This document shows positions 1 through 10,199 of a stretch of DNA of 64,000 bases, one piece after another. Source of the DNA: Candidatus Obscuribacteraceae bacterium (GTDB taxonomy: Bacteria; Cyanobacteriota; Vampirovibrionia; Obscuribacterales; Obscuribacteraceae); NCBI GenBank assembly GCA_044226015.1, contig JBGAHS010000002.1, positions 1,107,435-1,171,434 of the forward strand, read 5' to 3'. The notes beneath the pieces were generated by a model. That model saw only the letters and a program-made list of their open reading frames with translations, did no database searches and was not told the DNA's origin. The stretch's first letter is position 1, and each line of letters begins with the position of its first letter. The translations under genes were made by a program, and so were the position numbers.

Positions 1-47
1 AAGAGATACTGGATCCGGAACACTCTTAGCTCCGGAGCACCCTCGGA

Positions 48-1070
48 TCAGGAGCCCCAGATCAACAGCTTTTCCTCAAGCAATGCTGCAATAGTGTCTT
101 TTGCTTCTTGCCACTTAAGTGTCAACGCTAGACTATTATTCTTAGAGCAGCGAGCTTCATCCAGCAAGGGGAAGAAGCTTGCGTCTTCACGTATCCATGC
201 TTCTTTTCCATTTTCGTTTCTCTGGTGGTTCAAAGTCTTCGAATTGTGCAGGTTATCGAATTGAACCAGGGCTCTGCCGAAAGGCAGATTCGCAAGAATG
301 CTCAGGGACTCTTCGATTGCAGAAAAGGACAACTTTGATTTCGTCATCAAAGACCACGAAACAAGAAAATTGAGACCACGGAGTAGATCGTAGAAATAAA
401 AACGCGGAAAAGTTAGCTTTAACCAATTGTTATCGATAACATCCGAACTGGATCTGGAGCGGAACAGCTTTCTTTCTATGAGGTAGTTAGCTCCTCGTTC
501 AAGAAAAACAATTTCGTCTTTATTCCATTGCTCGTTGCGAGAATTTAGCACAGCTTCCAGAGCTGGCAAGGTTGAGACCACCGAACTCTTTTGAAAAGAC
601 TTTGTATACGCAGCCTCATCGCAGTTCAAACCGCCGTCTGCTAATTGATACCTCATGTACCAATTCCTGATCCAGGGCAAGCGACCTTCGACATCCACAC
701 CCGCACTATGAAGAACCTGTTCAATAGAACCGAGGGCGCAGTGGCACATGATGTGCCGCGAGCCATCCTTGCCTGGGGGAATTTCGCTCTCCAAAAAAGG
801 AAAAAACTTGAGATAGTGAGAATCAATCACCCTGGTCATCTGGTCTAGAAAAACCGGCGGGATTCTTTTTGCTTCGCCTAGCTCAAAGAGCAAGACTGAA
901 TGCCACCACGGGCTGTTCCACTTCGGCCAGTAGGGATCTAGCTGAATGGACTCGATCGCTTCTGCGCTAGACAAATATGCGATGCTGCCAGCAATATTTT
1001 CCTCACTCAGCTGCGGTATGTTTGCATCATTTTTTTCGTCAAGCAGCTCCCGAAGCTCAGCTTTTTCCAA
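48..1070 (-). CDS. Prenyltransferase/squalene-cyclase-like alpha-barrel protein of unknown function
   Basis: 340-aa ORF with QLADGGLNCD (QW-like repeat) and FPRFYFYDLLRGL motifs; directly downstream of murF on the same strand. Confidence 0.55.
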   Translation of the reverse strand: MEKAELRELLDEKNDANIPQLSEENIAGSIAYLSSAEAIESIQLDPYWPKWNSPWWHSVLLFELGEAKRIPPVFLDQMTRVIDSHYLKFFPFLESEIPPGKDGSRHIMCHCALGSIEQVLHSAGVDVEGRLPWIRNWYMRYQLADGGLNCDEAAYTKSFQKSSVVSTLPALEAVLNSRNEQWNKDEIVFLERGANYLIERKLFRSRSSSDVIDNNWLKLTFPRFYFYDLLRGLNFLVSWSLMTKSKLSFSAIEESLSILANLPFGRALVQFDNLHNSKTLNHQRNENGKEAWIREDASFFPLLDEARCSKNNSLALTLKWQEAKDTIAALLEEKLLIWGS

Positions 1071-1110
1071 GATCTTCTCCTTTCAGGTTGAGACTGATTG
1101 ATTCGGTTTA

Positions 1111-2490
1111 CTATTGGAATTTCACAACAGTCAAAGCGGAGACGAGCTTATCAAGCCTTGCACCACGGGAACCTTTGATCAAAACACAAGTATCTGAATC
1201 AAGCCTACTGCTAAGTTCGTGTTCCGCGACATGCATATCCTGGCAATGGACAACTTCAAATGACGCAGTATGAGCGCCCTCATACACATGCCTTGCCAAA
1301 CTACCAACCGTTAACAGCAAGTTGATCTTACTCGTCTTCAACCATTCACCTAACTCTCTCAAAAGGGCAGGTCCCTGGTCACCGAGTTCAAGCAAATCAC
1401 CAACAACCACAATTTTGCGCGCCTGGGGATAAGCCGAAATTTCGCCCAGGGCCGCAACTGCGGCTCTTACAGATTCTGGATTTGCGTTGTATGTTTCATC
1501 TATGACGAGGGCACCAGATTCGGTGCGCAACTTATTTCCTCTTCCGAGTACCGCCTTGAATTGCTTCAAGCCATCTGCTATCTCTCCGTCACTCAACCCC
1601 AGTTCTCTGGCAGCAATGATTGCGCACCAGGCATCGGAGATCAACGGCAAACCATGAGCCCTGACTTCGAAAACCTGCTCCGCATCATTGAGTTTAAACC
1701 TGGTAAATTCAGTATCAGCACCTAAAATTTCGACATTATGCGCATCAAAAACATGCATTTTTCCAGAAAACACAGATTTAGCTTGCTTAACGAGATGCGC
1801 ATCATTGCTGCCTAGAATTGCCACCCCTCGCTCGGGTTTCAGATGTTGTAACAACTCGCATTTTGCCTTTGCTATGTTTTCTTTGCTTCCGAGAAGTTCT
1901 ATGTGCGCCGTACCAGCATTTGTAATTATGCCTATGTCAGCAAGAGAGCATTTCGCTAACTGCTCAATTTGCCCAAGTCCTCGCATTGCCATCTCAATGA
2001 CGGCTACTTGTGTATCATCAGGCATTGAAAGCAAAGTCTTAGGAACGCCAAACTCGTTGTTTTCGTTTTTTGCCGAAAAATGGCACCTGCGGCTATGTGA
2101 GAATATGGCTGCAGCCATCTCTTTCGTTGTGGTCTTGCCGGAAGAGCCGGTGATACCGAGCACTTTTGGACCTATCCTCTTTCGCCAATTACGCGCCAAT
2201 GCATGATAAGCCTCAAGCGTATCCTCCACTGCAATGAGCGGAAATTGCTGACTACCGATAGGATAGTTTGGACGCTCCACTACTATGGCTCCTGCGGCGC
2301 CAGCAGAAAATGCATCACCCAAAAAGTCGTGCCCATCGAATTTGTCACCAGCAAATGCGATATACCAATCGCCCTCGGCGACAAGCCTGGTGTCACTGAC
2401 CAGAGGTCCAACCAGGTCAGACATAAGTCCAGAAGCAAGCCGCCCTTTGCAAACGTGCATAATTTCTTCGCCACTAAAAACGGCTGTCAT
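1111..2490 (-). CDS. murF: UDP-N-acetylmuramoyl-tripeptide--D-alanyl-D-alanine ligase
   Basis: DTR, FDGHDF, GITGSSGKTTTKEM P-loop, NNEFGVP, EMAM, DETYNANPES and KGSRG motifs. Confidence 0.95.
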   Translation of the reverse strand: MTAVFSGEEIMHVCKGRLASGLMSDLVGPLVSDTRLVAEGDWYIAFAGDKFDGHDFLGDAFSAGAAGAIVVERPNYPIGSQQFPLIAVEDTLEAYHALARNWRKRIGPKVLGITGSSGKTTTKEMAAAIFSHSRRCHFSAKNENNEFGVPKTLLSMPDDTQVAVIEMAMRGLGQIEQLAKCSLADIGIITNAGTAHIELLGSKENIAKAKCELLQHLKPERGVAILGSNDAHLVKQAKSVFSGKMHVFDAHNVEILGADTEFTRFKLNDAEQVFEVRAHGLPLISDAWCAIIAARELGLSDGEIADGLKQFKAVLGRGNKLRTESGALVIDETYNANPESVRAAVAALGEISAYPQARKIVVVGDLLELGDQGPALLRELGEWLKTSKINLLLTVGSLARHVYEGAHTASFEVVHCQDMHVAEHELSSRLDSDTCVLIKGSRGARLDKLVSALTVVKFQ

Positions 2491-2541
2491 TGCGTTTCTC
2501 CAAAATATCAGCCAATATTGTAGCCTCTTGGCCTAGAACAC

Positions 2542-2569
2542 AAAAAGACGGGGTCAAAATAACCCCGTC
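2542..2569 (-). terminator. Intrinsic terminator after the small ORF
   Basis: GACGGGGT/ACCCCGTC hairpin followed by a T run on the minus strand. Confidence 0.7.
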
Positions 2570-2609
2570 GAACTCATTTCTCAATGCGCGCCTCAATGCG
2601 CGCCAATTG

Positions 2610-2768
2610 CTATTTCTTTTCTTCTGGCGGAGCGGGAAACTTCTGCTCTTCTTTCGGTTGAATCTTATTTTCTTGGGTCGTTTTCATACGAACGTTAAGC
2701 TCTTTGGTGAGCATTCTGTTCGCAAAGTTGCTGCGCGTGACTCTCTGTTCGGATGCTGTCTCGGACAT
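2610..2768 (-). CDS. Small 52-aa protein (MSETASEQRVTRSNFANRMLTKELNVRMKTTQENKIQPKEEQKFPAPPEEKK), not in the ORF track
   Basis: Read manually: GGAGGT Shine-Dalgarno just before the ATG, open frame to TAG, terminator downstream. Confidence 0.7.
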   Translation of the reverse strand: MSETASEQRVTRSNFANRMLTKELNVRMKTTQENKIQPKEEQKFPAPPEEKK

Positions 2769-3059
2769 ATTTACCTCCAATAAGCCAGTCGCTAAGCAAC
2801 CGCTCGACCCATTTCGCGTTATAACGCCAGAGTGATCTTAGGCGAAGAGACCCTTATTGGCAACCCTAAACCCGCCTGTTTAAGCGTAATTAACCGGACC
2901 CATGCTCAAGTCGACAGATATGCAAACCATATGCAAATCTCGAAATACTGGCGTCGCAGTTAGTGTCCTCAATTCTTGAAGTAATGAAGAGCTTTACTTA
3001 TTAGAAGGCATTGATGACAAGCATCTATAATTCAAAAAATACAACTGAGGTTTACTCGG

Positions 3060-4079
3060 ATGTCGGAATCTTATATGACTAGCACGCAGCTTTCACAGAA
3101 AGCCCGGGAATTATTGCGCCTGGATCTTCCCGGAAACAAGCTCTGGACAGAGCGCAGGCATCTACTAGACACTAAAGACTTGAAACCCGAAGAACTCGAC
3201 GCAGTGCTTGAGGCGGCATCATTATGCAAAGAAATGACGCTGAACGGGGAGGGTCCACAGCCAATTCTTAGCACTAAAACAGTCGCCAATCTGTTTTATG
3301 AAAACTCAACAAGAACAAGAAGCAGCTTTGAGCTAGCTGCGAAGAGGCTGGGAGCCACTGTAATAAACGTAGATATAGCCTCGTCATCAGTAGCTAAGGG
3401 CGAAACCATTATTGACACCGGCAGAACTTTAACTGCAATGTCTGTTGATTGCCTCGTGCAGCGCCATCAAGCATCAGGTTCAGCGCTACAGATTACTAGA
3501 GAATTTGGCGATCAAGTACATGTAATTAACGCTGGTGATGGATGGAATGCGCACCCAACACAGGCATTGCTCGATTATTTCACCATGTGGGAAATAAAAG
3601 GACATATGAAAGGGCGCAAGATTGCCATCGTCGGTGATATCACTCATAGCCGCGTAGCGCGTTCAAATATTTGGCTATTAAAGACGATGGGAGCCGATGT
3701 TCACATCGCTGGTCCACCGACATTGTTGCCACCGAAACTCGAAAAGCTTGGTGTTTCATTCCATACGGGTCTTGAGCCAGCTATCAAAGACGCTGATTTT
3801 GTCATGGTCTTACGTTTACAACTGGAACGTCAACAGCAAGGTTTGATTCCTAGCATCGGCGAATACAAGCGACTTTACAGACTAGATCATGAGCGTGTCG
3901 CTCTAGCACAGCCGGATGCCAAAGTCTTCCATCCTGGACCAATGAACAGAGACATCGAAATTTCTCATGCTCTTGCTGATGATATGGAGCGTTCACTGGT
4001 GCGCACCCAGGTGGCTAACGGTGTGGCAGTTCGAATGGCAGTTTTGTATCTTCTTCTTGCAAACGGGAATCGGAAATAA
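3060..4079 (+). CDS. pyrB: Aspartate carbamoyltransferase catalytic subunit
   Basis: FYENSTRTRSSF, NAGDG, HPTQALLD, RLQLER and HPGPMNR motifs. Confidence 0.97.
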   Translation: MSESYMTSTQLSQKARELLRLDLPGNKLWTERRHLLDTKDLKPEELDAVLEAASLCKEMTLNGEGPQPILSTKTVANLFYENSTRTRSSFELAAKRLGATVINVDIASSSVAKGETIIDTGRTLTAMSVDCLVQRHQASGSALQITREFGDQVHVINAGDGWNAHPTQALLDYFTMWEIKGHMKGRKIAIVGDITHSRVARSNIWLLKTMGADVHIAGPPTLLPPKLEKLGVSFHTGLEPAIKDADFVMVLRLQLERQQQGLIPSIGEYKRLYRLDHERVALAQPDAKVFHPGPMNRDIEISHALADDMERSLVRTQVANGVAVRMAVLYLLLANGNRK

Positions 4080-4081
4080 CC

Positions 4082-5389
4082 ATGAGCGAAAACATACTAA
4101 TAAAAAACGGTCTTCTGATTGATCCTCTTACACAAACGGAATCGAAGGGAGACCTGAGAATTCGCAATGGAAAGATCGCTGAACGCGGCGACAACTTGAA
4201 AGAACAAGAAGACGAGAGAATTGTTGACGCAGCTCGTTGCTGGGTAGCTCCTGGACTTATAGATATGCACACGCATATGAGGGATCTCGGACAGAAAGAT
4301 AAGGAGGATCTCGGCACTGGAACCAAAGCTGCCGCTGCTGGTGGTTTCACTACAGTGGTTGCGATGGCTAATACCGAGCCGGTGCTCGATAGCGGAACCA
4401 CATTCTCTCTCTACTTACAAAAGATCGCTCGATCTGCTGTCATCGAAGTGCTTCCAGTTGCTGCCGTTACACGCGGTTTGCAGGGACAGGAACTTACCAA
4501 TATGGTCGAGTTGTCGGATCTCGGTGCAGTTGCCTTCTCCGATGACGGCAAACCCATTCAAAATTTGATTGTTCTTCGCCGAGCACTAGAGTATGTCAAA
4601 TTAACTGGCAAAACCATAATCAGCCATGCTGAAGATCTAGACCTGGCAGAAGGCGGAGCGATGCATGAGGGTCACCTATCAACAAGCATGGGTGTTCAGG
4701 GCATCACATATGCTTCAGAAACAGTAGCAGTGGCTAGAGAGTTGGAGATCGTTCGCTTGACGAAGAGCCCTTATCACTTCACTCACATATCGTGCGCCCC
4801 CTCTGTTGAGATGATTAGAAGAGCGCAGTCCGAGGGGCTGCCAGTCACTGCCGATGTGACACCACATCACATCGCCCTGACAGTAGATTTACTTCAGAAC
4901 TACGATACAAACCTGAAAATGAATCCTCCTCTTCGCACATTTGATGATCAGGAGAAGCTGATTGATGGCATAAAGGACGGCACCATAACTGCCATCGCAA
5001 CTGACCACGCACCCCATACGAGCCTTGAAAAATCACGGCCTTTACCAGATGCACCTTTCGGCATTACAGGTCTTGAAACTGCATTCAGCATTATTTGCGC
5101 ATCATTGCTCGAAACCAATCACATCACACGGCTCAAGCTGTACGAACTTCTTACCACTGGCCCAGCAAGAATATTGAATCTGCCAATGCCATCTTTAGCT
5201 GTGGGCGCAAGAGCGAACATCTGCATTGTTGACCCAGATAAGAAGTGGGTCTACAACGCTAAGCGAGGACAATCACGTTCATCGAACTCGCCGTGGCATC
5301 AACAGGAACTCAAAGGCAAAAACATCTGCACCATATTTGATGGCAAGGTTGTTTACCAATTGAGCAATGAGCTGAGCAACGCAAAATAA
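4082..5389 (+). CDS. pyrC: Dihydroorotase
   Basis: DMHTHMRD, AAAGGFTTV, KMNPPLR, ATDHAPH and PFGITGLET motifs; follows pyrB. Confidence 0.95.
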   Translation: MSENILIKNGLLIDPLTQTESKGDLRIRNGKIAERGDNLKEQEDERIVDAARCWVAPGLIDMHTHMRDLGQKDKEDLGTGTKAAAAGGFTTVVAMANTEPVLDSGTTFSLYLQKIARSAVIEVLPVAAVTRGLQGQELTNMVELSDLGAVAFSDDGKPIQNLIVLRRALEYVKLTGKTIISHAEDLDLAEGGAMHEGHLSTSMGVQGITYASETVAVARELEIVRLTKSPYHFTHISCAPSVEMIRRAQSEGLPVTADVTPHHIALTVDLLQNYDTNLKMNPPLRTFDDQEKLIDGIKDGTITAIATDHAPHTSLEKSRPLPDAPFGITGLETAFSIICASLLETNHITRLKLYELLTTGPARILNLPMPSLAVGARANICIVDPDKKWVYNAKRGQSRSSNSPWHQQELKGKNICTIFDGKVVYQLSNELSNAK

Positions 5390-5407
5390 TGACACCGTTC
5401 AGAAAAG

Positions 5408-5434
5408 GCACTCTCCAGAACTGGAGAGTGCTTT
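5408..5434. terminator. Hairpin terminator between convergent genes
   Basis: GCACTCTCCAG-AA-CTGGAGAGTGC followed by TTT. Confidence 0.7.
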
Positions 5435-5483
5435 GGATTCATCTGATTCAGTTCAATGATCTTCTACTTGGGTACTGACTAGT

Positions 5484-6563
5484 TTAGTTGCCGAACTTCT
5501 TCTCAAGAAGACCAGGAGCGATTTTCTCTATTCTTCGAAGATCGTCAGCCACTCTCTCATCAGAACTCATCTTGTTACGATCTTTTCCAGCACTTGCCGA
5601 GCTGTTTTCAGCGTGAGGAATCTTAGGCGCACCTGGTCCTTCGCTATGGGGTCCGTCACCACCTTTGCCGCCACCGCCGCCGCCCTGACCTTCCATGCGG
5701 CCGAATGAAACGCCCTGATTTCCGCGAGTCACAGAGCGGAAGCCTTCTGCATCGAAGGATACTTCAGCTCCGTCCTTGAAGCTTACAGTTGTTACACCAT
5801 CTCTATCGGTCACTACCTTTTTAACGTTGTCACCTTTGATAGTGTTGGATCCGTCCGGGTTGAGAGTTATGCGATCTCCATCGGGAGTGAATAACGATTC
5901 TTTTCCATCTTCACGAACAATGTGGTCGCCGGTGGGCAACTCTTCAACTCCATCCTTGATTTCTTCGGAGCTTTCCGCATGACTTTGCGCGCTCATGTCG
6001 CCAATCTTGTCCGAAATTTCTTGATTCTTCAGCTCATTCCCAATTTTGCCGAGACTATCCGCCTTAGGATTCAGCGCATCCTGAAGTTTGTCGGTTTTTC
6101 CAGCTGCTTCAGAATTTTCCTTATCCAAGCGATTTGTTTTTGCATCGTCTGGCATCTTATTTACTTGACCATGATGAAATTCATGTTGCTGCGTGACTGG
6201 GTCAACTTCTGCACCGTTCTTGTTGCGTTCTTGATCTTTCGAAGAATTGTCCTTATCGGACTTAGCATTATTCTCGCCAGTACCTTTCTTCAGGTCTTCG
6301 TGTTCCTTAGAAGACTTTCCTTCCTCTCCCTGCTTACGCTTCTCGACCTGCTTGTCCTTATCGTCACCAAGCTCGAGCTTAGGTAGACCTGAATCTTTGT
6401 CACTCTTGCTATTGTTGGTCAATGAATCGCTGATAGCTCCTACTTTGGCTCCAGCTGCACCAAAAACTTCTTCTCTGAACTTATCTCCACTCTCTGCAGC
6501 GCCGCCTTTATCGTTCGATTCGACGTTCTCAACCTTCTGTTTGTTCAAGTTATCATCTGCCAT
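5484..6563 (-). CDS. Hypothetical protein, paralog 1 of the local family (charged low-complexity N-terminal region plus shared LPTGD domain)
   Basis: 359 aa; GGAGGG SD; domain DGVEELPTGD...GVSF aligns by eye with three neighbouring ORFs. Confidence 0.8.
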   Translation of the reverse strand: MADDNLNKQKVENVESNDKGGAAESGDKFREEVFGAAGAKVGAISDSLTNNSKSDKDSGLPKLELGDDKDKQVEKRKQGEEGKSSKEHEDLKKGTGENNAKSDKDNSSKDQERNKNGAEVDPVTQQHEFHHGQVNKMPDDAKTNRLDKENSEAAGKTDKLQDALNPKADSLGKIGNELKNQEISDKIGDMSAQSHAESSEEIKDGVEELPTGDHIVREDGKESLFTPDGDRITLNPDGSNTIKGDNVKKVVTDRDGVTTVSFKDGAEVSFDAEGFRSVTRGNQGVSFGRMEGQGGGGGGKGGDGPHSEGPGAPKIPHAENSSASAGKDRNKMSSDERVADDLRRIEKIAPGLLEKKFGN

Positions 6564-6823
6564 CTGAGCAACCCTCCCTGCAACCGTACAGCCTCTCCGG
6601 CGAAAGAGAAGCGTCCCAAAAACCAGTTAGTAAAAGCCTTCCTAAAGCAATCCAATGATAGAAGTATGCAAAACTTAAACGGAATTTATTACGGTTTTTC
6701 CCACCTACCTGATCTGTTCATCTATGCATCAGGGTTTGCATCATTTTGCATAACGGATCACACAATTATGCAGCTTGAACGAAAAAGCACAAAGAGTTAT
6801 AAACTAGACCCCTCTCTGGAGCA

Positions 6824-8263
6824 ATGATGAAAACTAGATTTCAGCTGCTCGTTCTAAGCTTCACACCTATTCTGCTCTTGCAGCAGAACGCATGCTGGGG
6901 ACAAATTTCAAGCAAAGCTCCAAATAAAGTAGTGAAGAAAGCAATGAAAGCAACTCCGCACAATATAGTAGGGACCTGGTCGGGCACTCTGGTTCTCCCA
7001 AACTCGTTAACTATGCCACTCGTTTTTCGATTTGCCGAACTCAAAGGTGTTTACTCAGGTAGTCTCGAAAGCCCTAGCCAGAGTTCGCAACAAATCGATT
7101 TTGATTCAGTGGGGCAGGATGAGAATGGAAACATACACGCGAAAATTGCAAAGTTACTCGCGGAGTTCTCAGGGCACCTGGAAGAAGATGGCAAAGTTCT
7201 AAAAGGCACCTGGACTCAGAATGGACAATCAATGCCAGCTAGTTTCAAATCAGTTGGCGAGTACAGTGCAAAAAAGCATGCGCAGGAACCGATTCCTCCA
7301 TTTCCTTACAGCTCTGAGGATATCAGCTTCAAGAGTGGCGACCATCAAATTTCCGGGACAATCACTTTCCCGCGTGGTGCGAGTAATTCACCTGCCATCG
7401 TACTGATTCACGGCAGTGGACCTCACGACCGCGATGAAAACATATTGGGTCACAAACCATTTCTAGTATTAGCTGATCACCTCACGAAAAATGGCATTGC
7501 TGTTCTTCGATATGACAAACGAGGTTGCAAGAAATCTACTGGGAATTATTCAAGTGCTACCAGCGCAGACTTTGCAGATGATGCTGTCGCCGCAGTGGAA
7601 TTTCTGAAAACACGTTCTGAGATAGACCAAAAACACATTGGACTTCTTGGACACAGTGAGGGTGGAGTCATTGCTCCTATGGTGGCAAACAGGATGCCAA
7701 ACGACATAAGCTTTGTGGTTTTGATGGCGGGGTCGGCGCTAACAGGCGAGAAAATACTACTAGGGCAGGTCCGCGCGTTATCAGCGAACCCAACTGATGC
7801 CACAAAAGAGCTGACACTCGCAAGCAAAACCTATGAAATCCTAAAAGCCGAGCCAAATAACGATAAAGCTATGGACAAGATTCTCTTGATGCGAAAGGAA
7901 ATTGGAAAGGATGATTCAAAGAATTTGGCGGATGTAAAACGCGATCTAGCCGCGCTAACCAGCCCATGGTACCGCTATTTCATCAGCTACGATCCCAGCG
8001 TCGAACTTTCAAAGTTGAAGTCTCCCGTTCTTGCCATAAATGGTGACAAAGACAAGCAGGTGCTGGCTGATGAGAATCTGGCACGAATCAAGGAATGTCT
8101 GCAGTCAGCAGGCAATACCAAAGTGAGAATTGAAAAGATTCCCAATACAAATCATCTGATGCAAACATGCGCCACAGGTATGCCACAGGAATATTCCGCA
8201 ACAGATGAAACGATATCACCTGCGGTGCTGAAGCTGATCAGCGATTGGATAAAAGCGCAGTAA
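6824..8263 (+). CDS. Secreted alpha/beta-fold serine hydrolase
   Basis: Signal-peptide-like N-terminus; HGSGPHDRD, RYDKRG, GHSEGG nucleophile elbow, GDKDKQV and TNHL. Confidence 0.85.
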   Translation: MMKTRFQLLVLSFTPILLLQQNACWGQISSKAPNKVVKKAMKATPHNIVGTWSGTLVLPNSLTMPLVFRFAELKGVYSGSLESPSQSSQQIDFDSVGQDENGNIHAKIAKLLAEFSGHLEEDGKVLKGTWTQNGQSMPASFKSVGEYSAKKHAQEPIPPFPYSSEDISFKSGDHQISGTITFPRGASNSPAIVLIHGSGPHDRDENILGHKPFLVLADHLTKNGIAVLRYDKRGCKKSTGNYSSATSADFADDAVAAVEFLKTRSEIDQKHIGLLGHSEGGVIAPMVANRMPNDISFVVLMAGSALTGEKILLGQVRALSANPTDATKELTLASKTYEILKAEPNNDKAMDKILLMRKEIGKDDSKNLADVKRDLAALTSPWYRYFISYDPSVELSKLKSPVLAINGDKDKQVLADENLARIKECLQSAGNTKVRIEKIPNTNHLMQTCATGMPQEYSATDETISPAVLKLISDWIKAQ

Positions 8264-8311
8264 GAGCAGCACAATTCTCTGGATTGCTCAGGTAATCATG
8301 CTGAATGCCTG

Positions 8312-8343
8312 CTTGCACTGCCACTGGAAAGTGGCAGTGCAAG
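8312..8343. terminator. Hairpin between convergent genes
   Basis: CTTGCACTGCCACT-GGAA-AGTGGCAGTGCAAG, perfect 14-bp stem. Confidence 0.7.
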
Positions 8344-8458
8344 ATCAAAGGAATCGGATGCAGGCGACTGAACTCATCTCCATCGTTTCTGAGTTCAATC
8401 GCTTAGATACGCTTGGGTAATGCTAACGCGAATCTACGAGAGCGCCAACTCTATATCG

Positions 8459-9880
8459 TCAGAGTGGTTTGTGTGGCAAGCGAGGGTCCTTCAAAAGGTA
8501 ACCGTGCATTACTTTGCCATTCAGAAAGAAAACGGCTTCGTTGCCCTTTCTAATTGACTGAAAGCCATTCTTTCCAAAGGTCACTTTTTCTCCATCTCCC
8601 AAAGTTATTGTAGTGACACCATCCTTAGTGGTAGCGACAGACTTCACGTCACCTTTCACAGTATAGGTTCCGTCCTCTTTTAGCGAGATTAGATCGCCAT
8701 TTCCTGTAAGAAGGCGTTGTTCACCATCAAGTCGATCGAGCAAATCACCTGTCGGCAGCTCCTCAGGCTCACCTTCCTCGAATCTGGGTTTCGGTTCAAT
8801 TCCACCTTCACCAATCCTCTCTGTGATTGGTGGGAATGGAAATGGACGCGGCTCGATGCCGCCTTCTCCTACAGCAAGAGTTATTGGAGGTCGAGGTTCG
8901 ATGCCACCTTCACCTACCATTTCGGTGATAGGCGGTCGCGGTTCGATGCCGCCCTCTCCCACAGCGAGAGTTATTGGAGGTCGAGGATCTCTGCCACCTT
9001 CTCCCACCATTTCGGTGATAGGCGGTCGTGGTTCGATGCCGCCCTCTCCCACAGCAAGGGTTATTGGAGGACGAGGATCCCTGCCACCTTCACCTACCAT
9101 TTCGGTGATAGGTGGTCGTGGTTCGCTAAAAGGCGGTTTGAGAATGGGACCGGCTTCCTCAGCAGCATTAGTCGTCGTTGGCGGTTTGAGAATGGGACCG
9201 GCTTCTTCAGCAGCATTGGTCGTCGTTGGCGGTTTGAGAATGGGACCGGCTTCCTCAGCAACATTGGTCGTCGTTGGCGGTTTGAGAATGGGACCGGCTT
9301 CTTCTCTGAAATTTGTTGGGTCCTTGAGAATCCGTCCGGCTTCTTCTACCAGATTCGATGTCTCTGGTGGCTTTGATCCTGTTCCAGCCTCATCTCTTAG
9401 GTTCGATGTCTCTGGTGCCTTCGTTCCTGAGCCAGACTCATCTCTTAGGTTCGATGTCTCCGGTGCCTTTGTTCCTGTTCCAGACTCATCTCTCAAGTTC
9501 GATGTCTCCGGTGCCTTTTCCCCTGTGCCACCTTCTCCTCGCAAATTAGAGGTTGGAGGGGTAAACGGATACCGGCCGGTCGTACCGTCCTCTCCAACCA
9601 TTTTACTAGTTGGACCGTGATGCTGGTCACCACCCGGCTTAGAACCAGTTCCCTCCTCGCCTTTCATTTTCGTTAGTGCACGTTCCCCATCATTATGTTC
9701 ATCGTTTTTTTGCACACTGCTGTAAGTTCGTCGCTCAGCTAAATCTGCGATGAACAAATTCTGCCTGTCTCTTGTGACCTCATCATGAAAGCTGTTGTAC
9801 GCGCGATCTCGATTCGAGGATTCAGCGTTGCCAACGTCTTTTTGTTGGATATCCTCATGCGGTCTTACTTGCTCAACCAT
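8459..9880 (-). CDS. Putative multicore graspetide (plesiocin-type) precursor fused to the shared C-terminal domain; paralog 2
   Basis: Start re-called at ATG 9880 (GAGGAG SD), 473 aa; LFIADL leader motif at 9740-9757; ~18 repeats such as TTTNAAEE and ITLAVGEG; ATP-grasp gene 1.3 kb upstream. Confidence 0.75.
   Translation of the reverse strand: MVEQVRPHEDIQQKDVGNAESSNRDRAYNSFHDEVTRDRQNLFIADLAERRTYSSVQKNDEHNDGERALTKMKGEEGTGSKPGGDQHHGPTSKMVGEDGTTGRYPFTPPTSNLRGEGGTGEKAPETSNLRDESGTGTKAPETSNLRDESGSGTKAPETSNLRDEAGTGSKPPETSNLVEEAGRILKDPTNFREEAGPILKPPTTTNVAEEAGPILKPPTTTNAAEEAGPILKPPTTTNAAEEAGPILKPPFSEPRPPITEMVGEGGRDPRPPITLAVGEGGIEPRPPITEMVGEGGRDPRPPITLAVGEGGIEPRPPITEMVGEGGIEPRPPITLAVGEGGIEPRPFPFPPITERIGEGGIEPKPRFEEGEPEELPTGDLLDRLDGEQRLLTGNGDLISLKEDGTYTVKGDVKSVATTKDGVTTITLGDGEKVTFGKNGFQSIRKGNEAVFFLNGKVMHGYLLKDPRLPHKPL
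8804..9676 (-). repeat. Coding tandem repeats in three sub-families (45-bp and 48-bp units)
   Basis: PRPPIT[EM/LA]VGEGG x6 plus ITERIGEG; PPTTTN[V/A]AEEAGPILK x3; PETSNL[RD/VE]E x4. Confidence 0.9.
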
Positions 9881-10199
9881 GTTATTTCTCCTCATAAACA
9901 GCCAAAAACAGAAGCCGCAAAGCCTCAAATACCCTTACCTACACTTACTAAATTCGGACGCACCTTTCGGTGCATTTACTACCATACTGATCAACAACGA
10001 CTGAGACCACGTAACTTACAGCAAAAGACTTACGCGCTTCCGCAAAGCTGTATGCGTGGTATCACATAAGCACCACTCATTAAACGCGCTTAGCAAACGC
10101 AGTTGCCAAACGCAATTGCCAAATGCAAGCGCTCCTCGCCAGAAATGTGATCCTCACGAGGATACGCTCATATTTTCTGAGATAGATCTGCTTCGATCT

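Noticed and set aside
8717..9620. Plus-strand ORFs of 219 and 265 aa
   Set aside because: Antisense shadows of the repetitive precursor gene, which has the SD and the shared domain.
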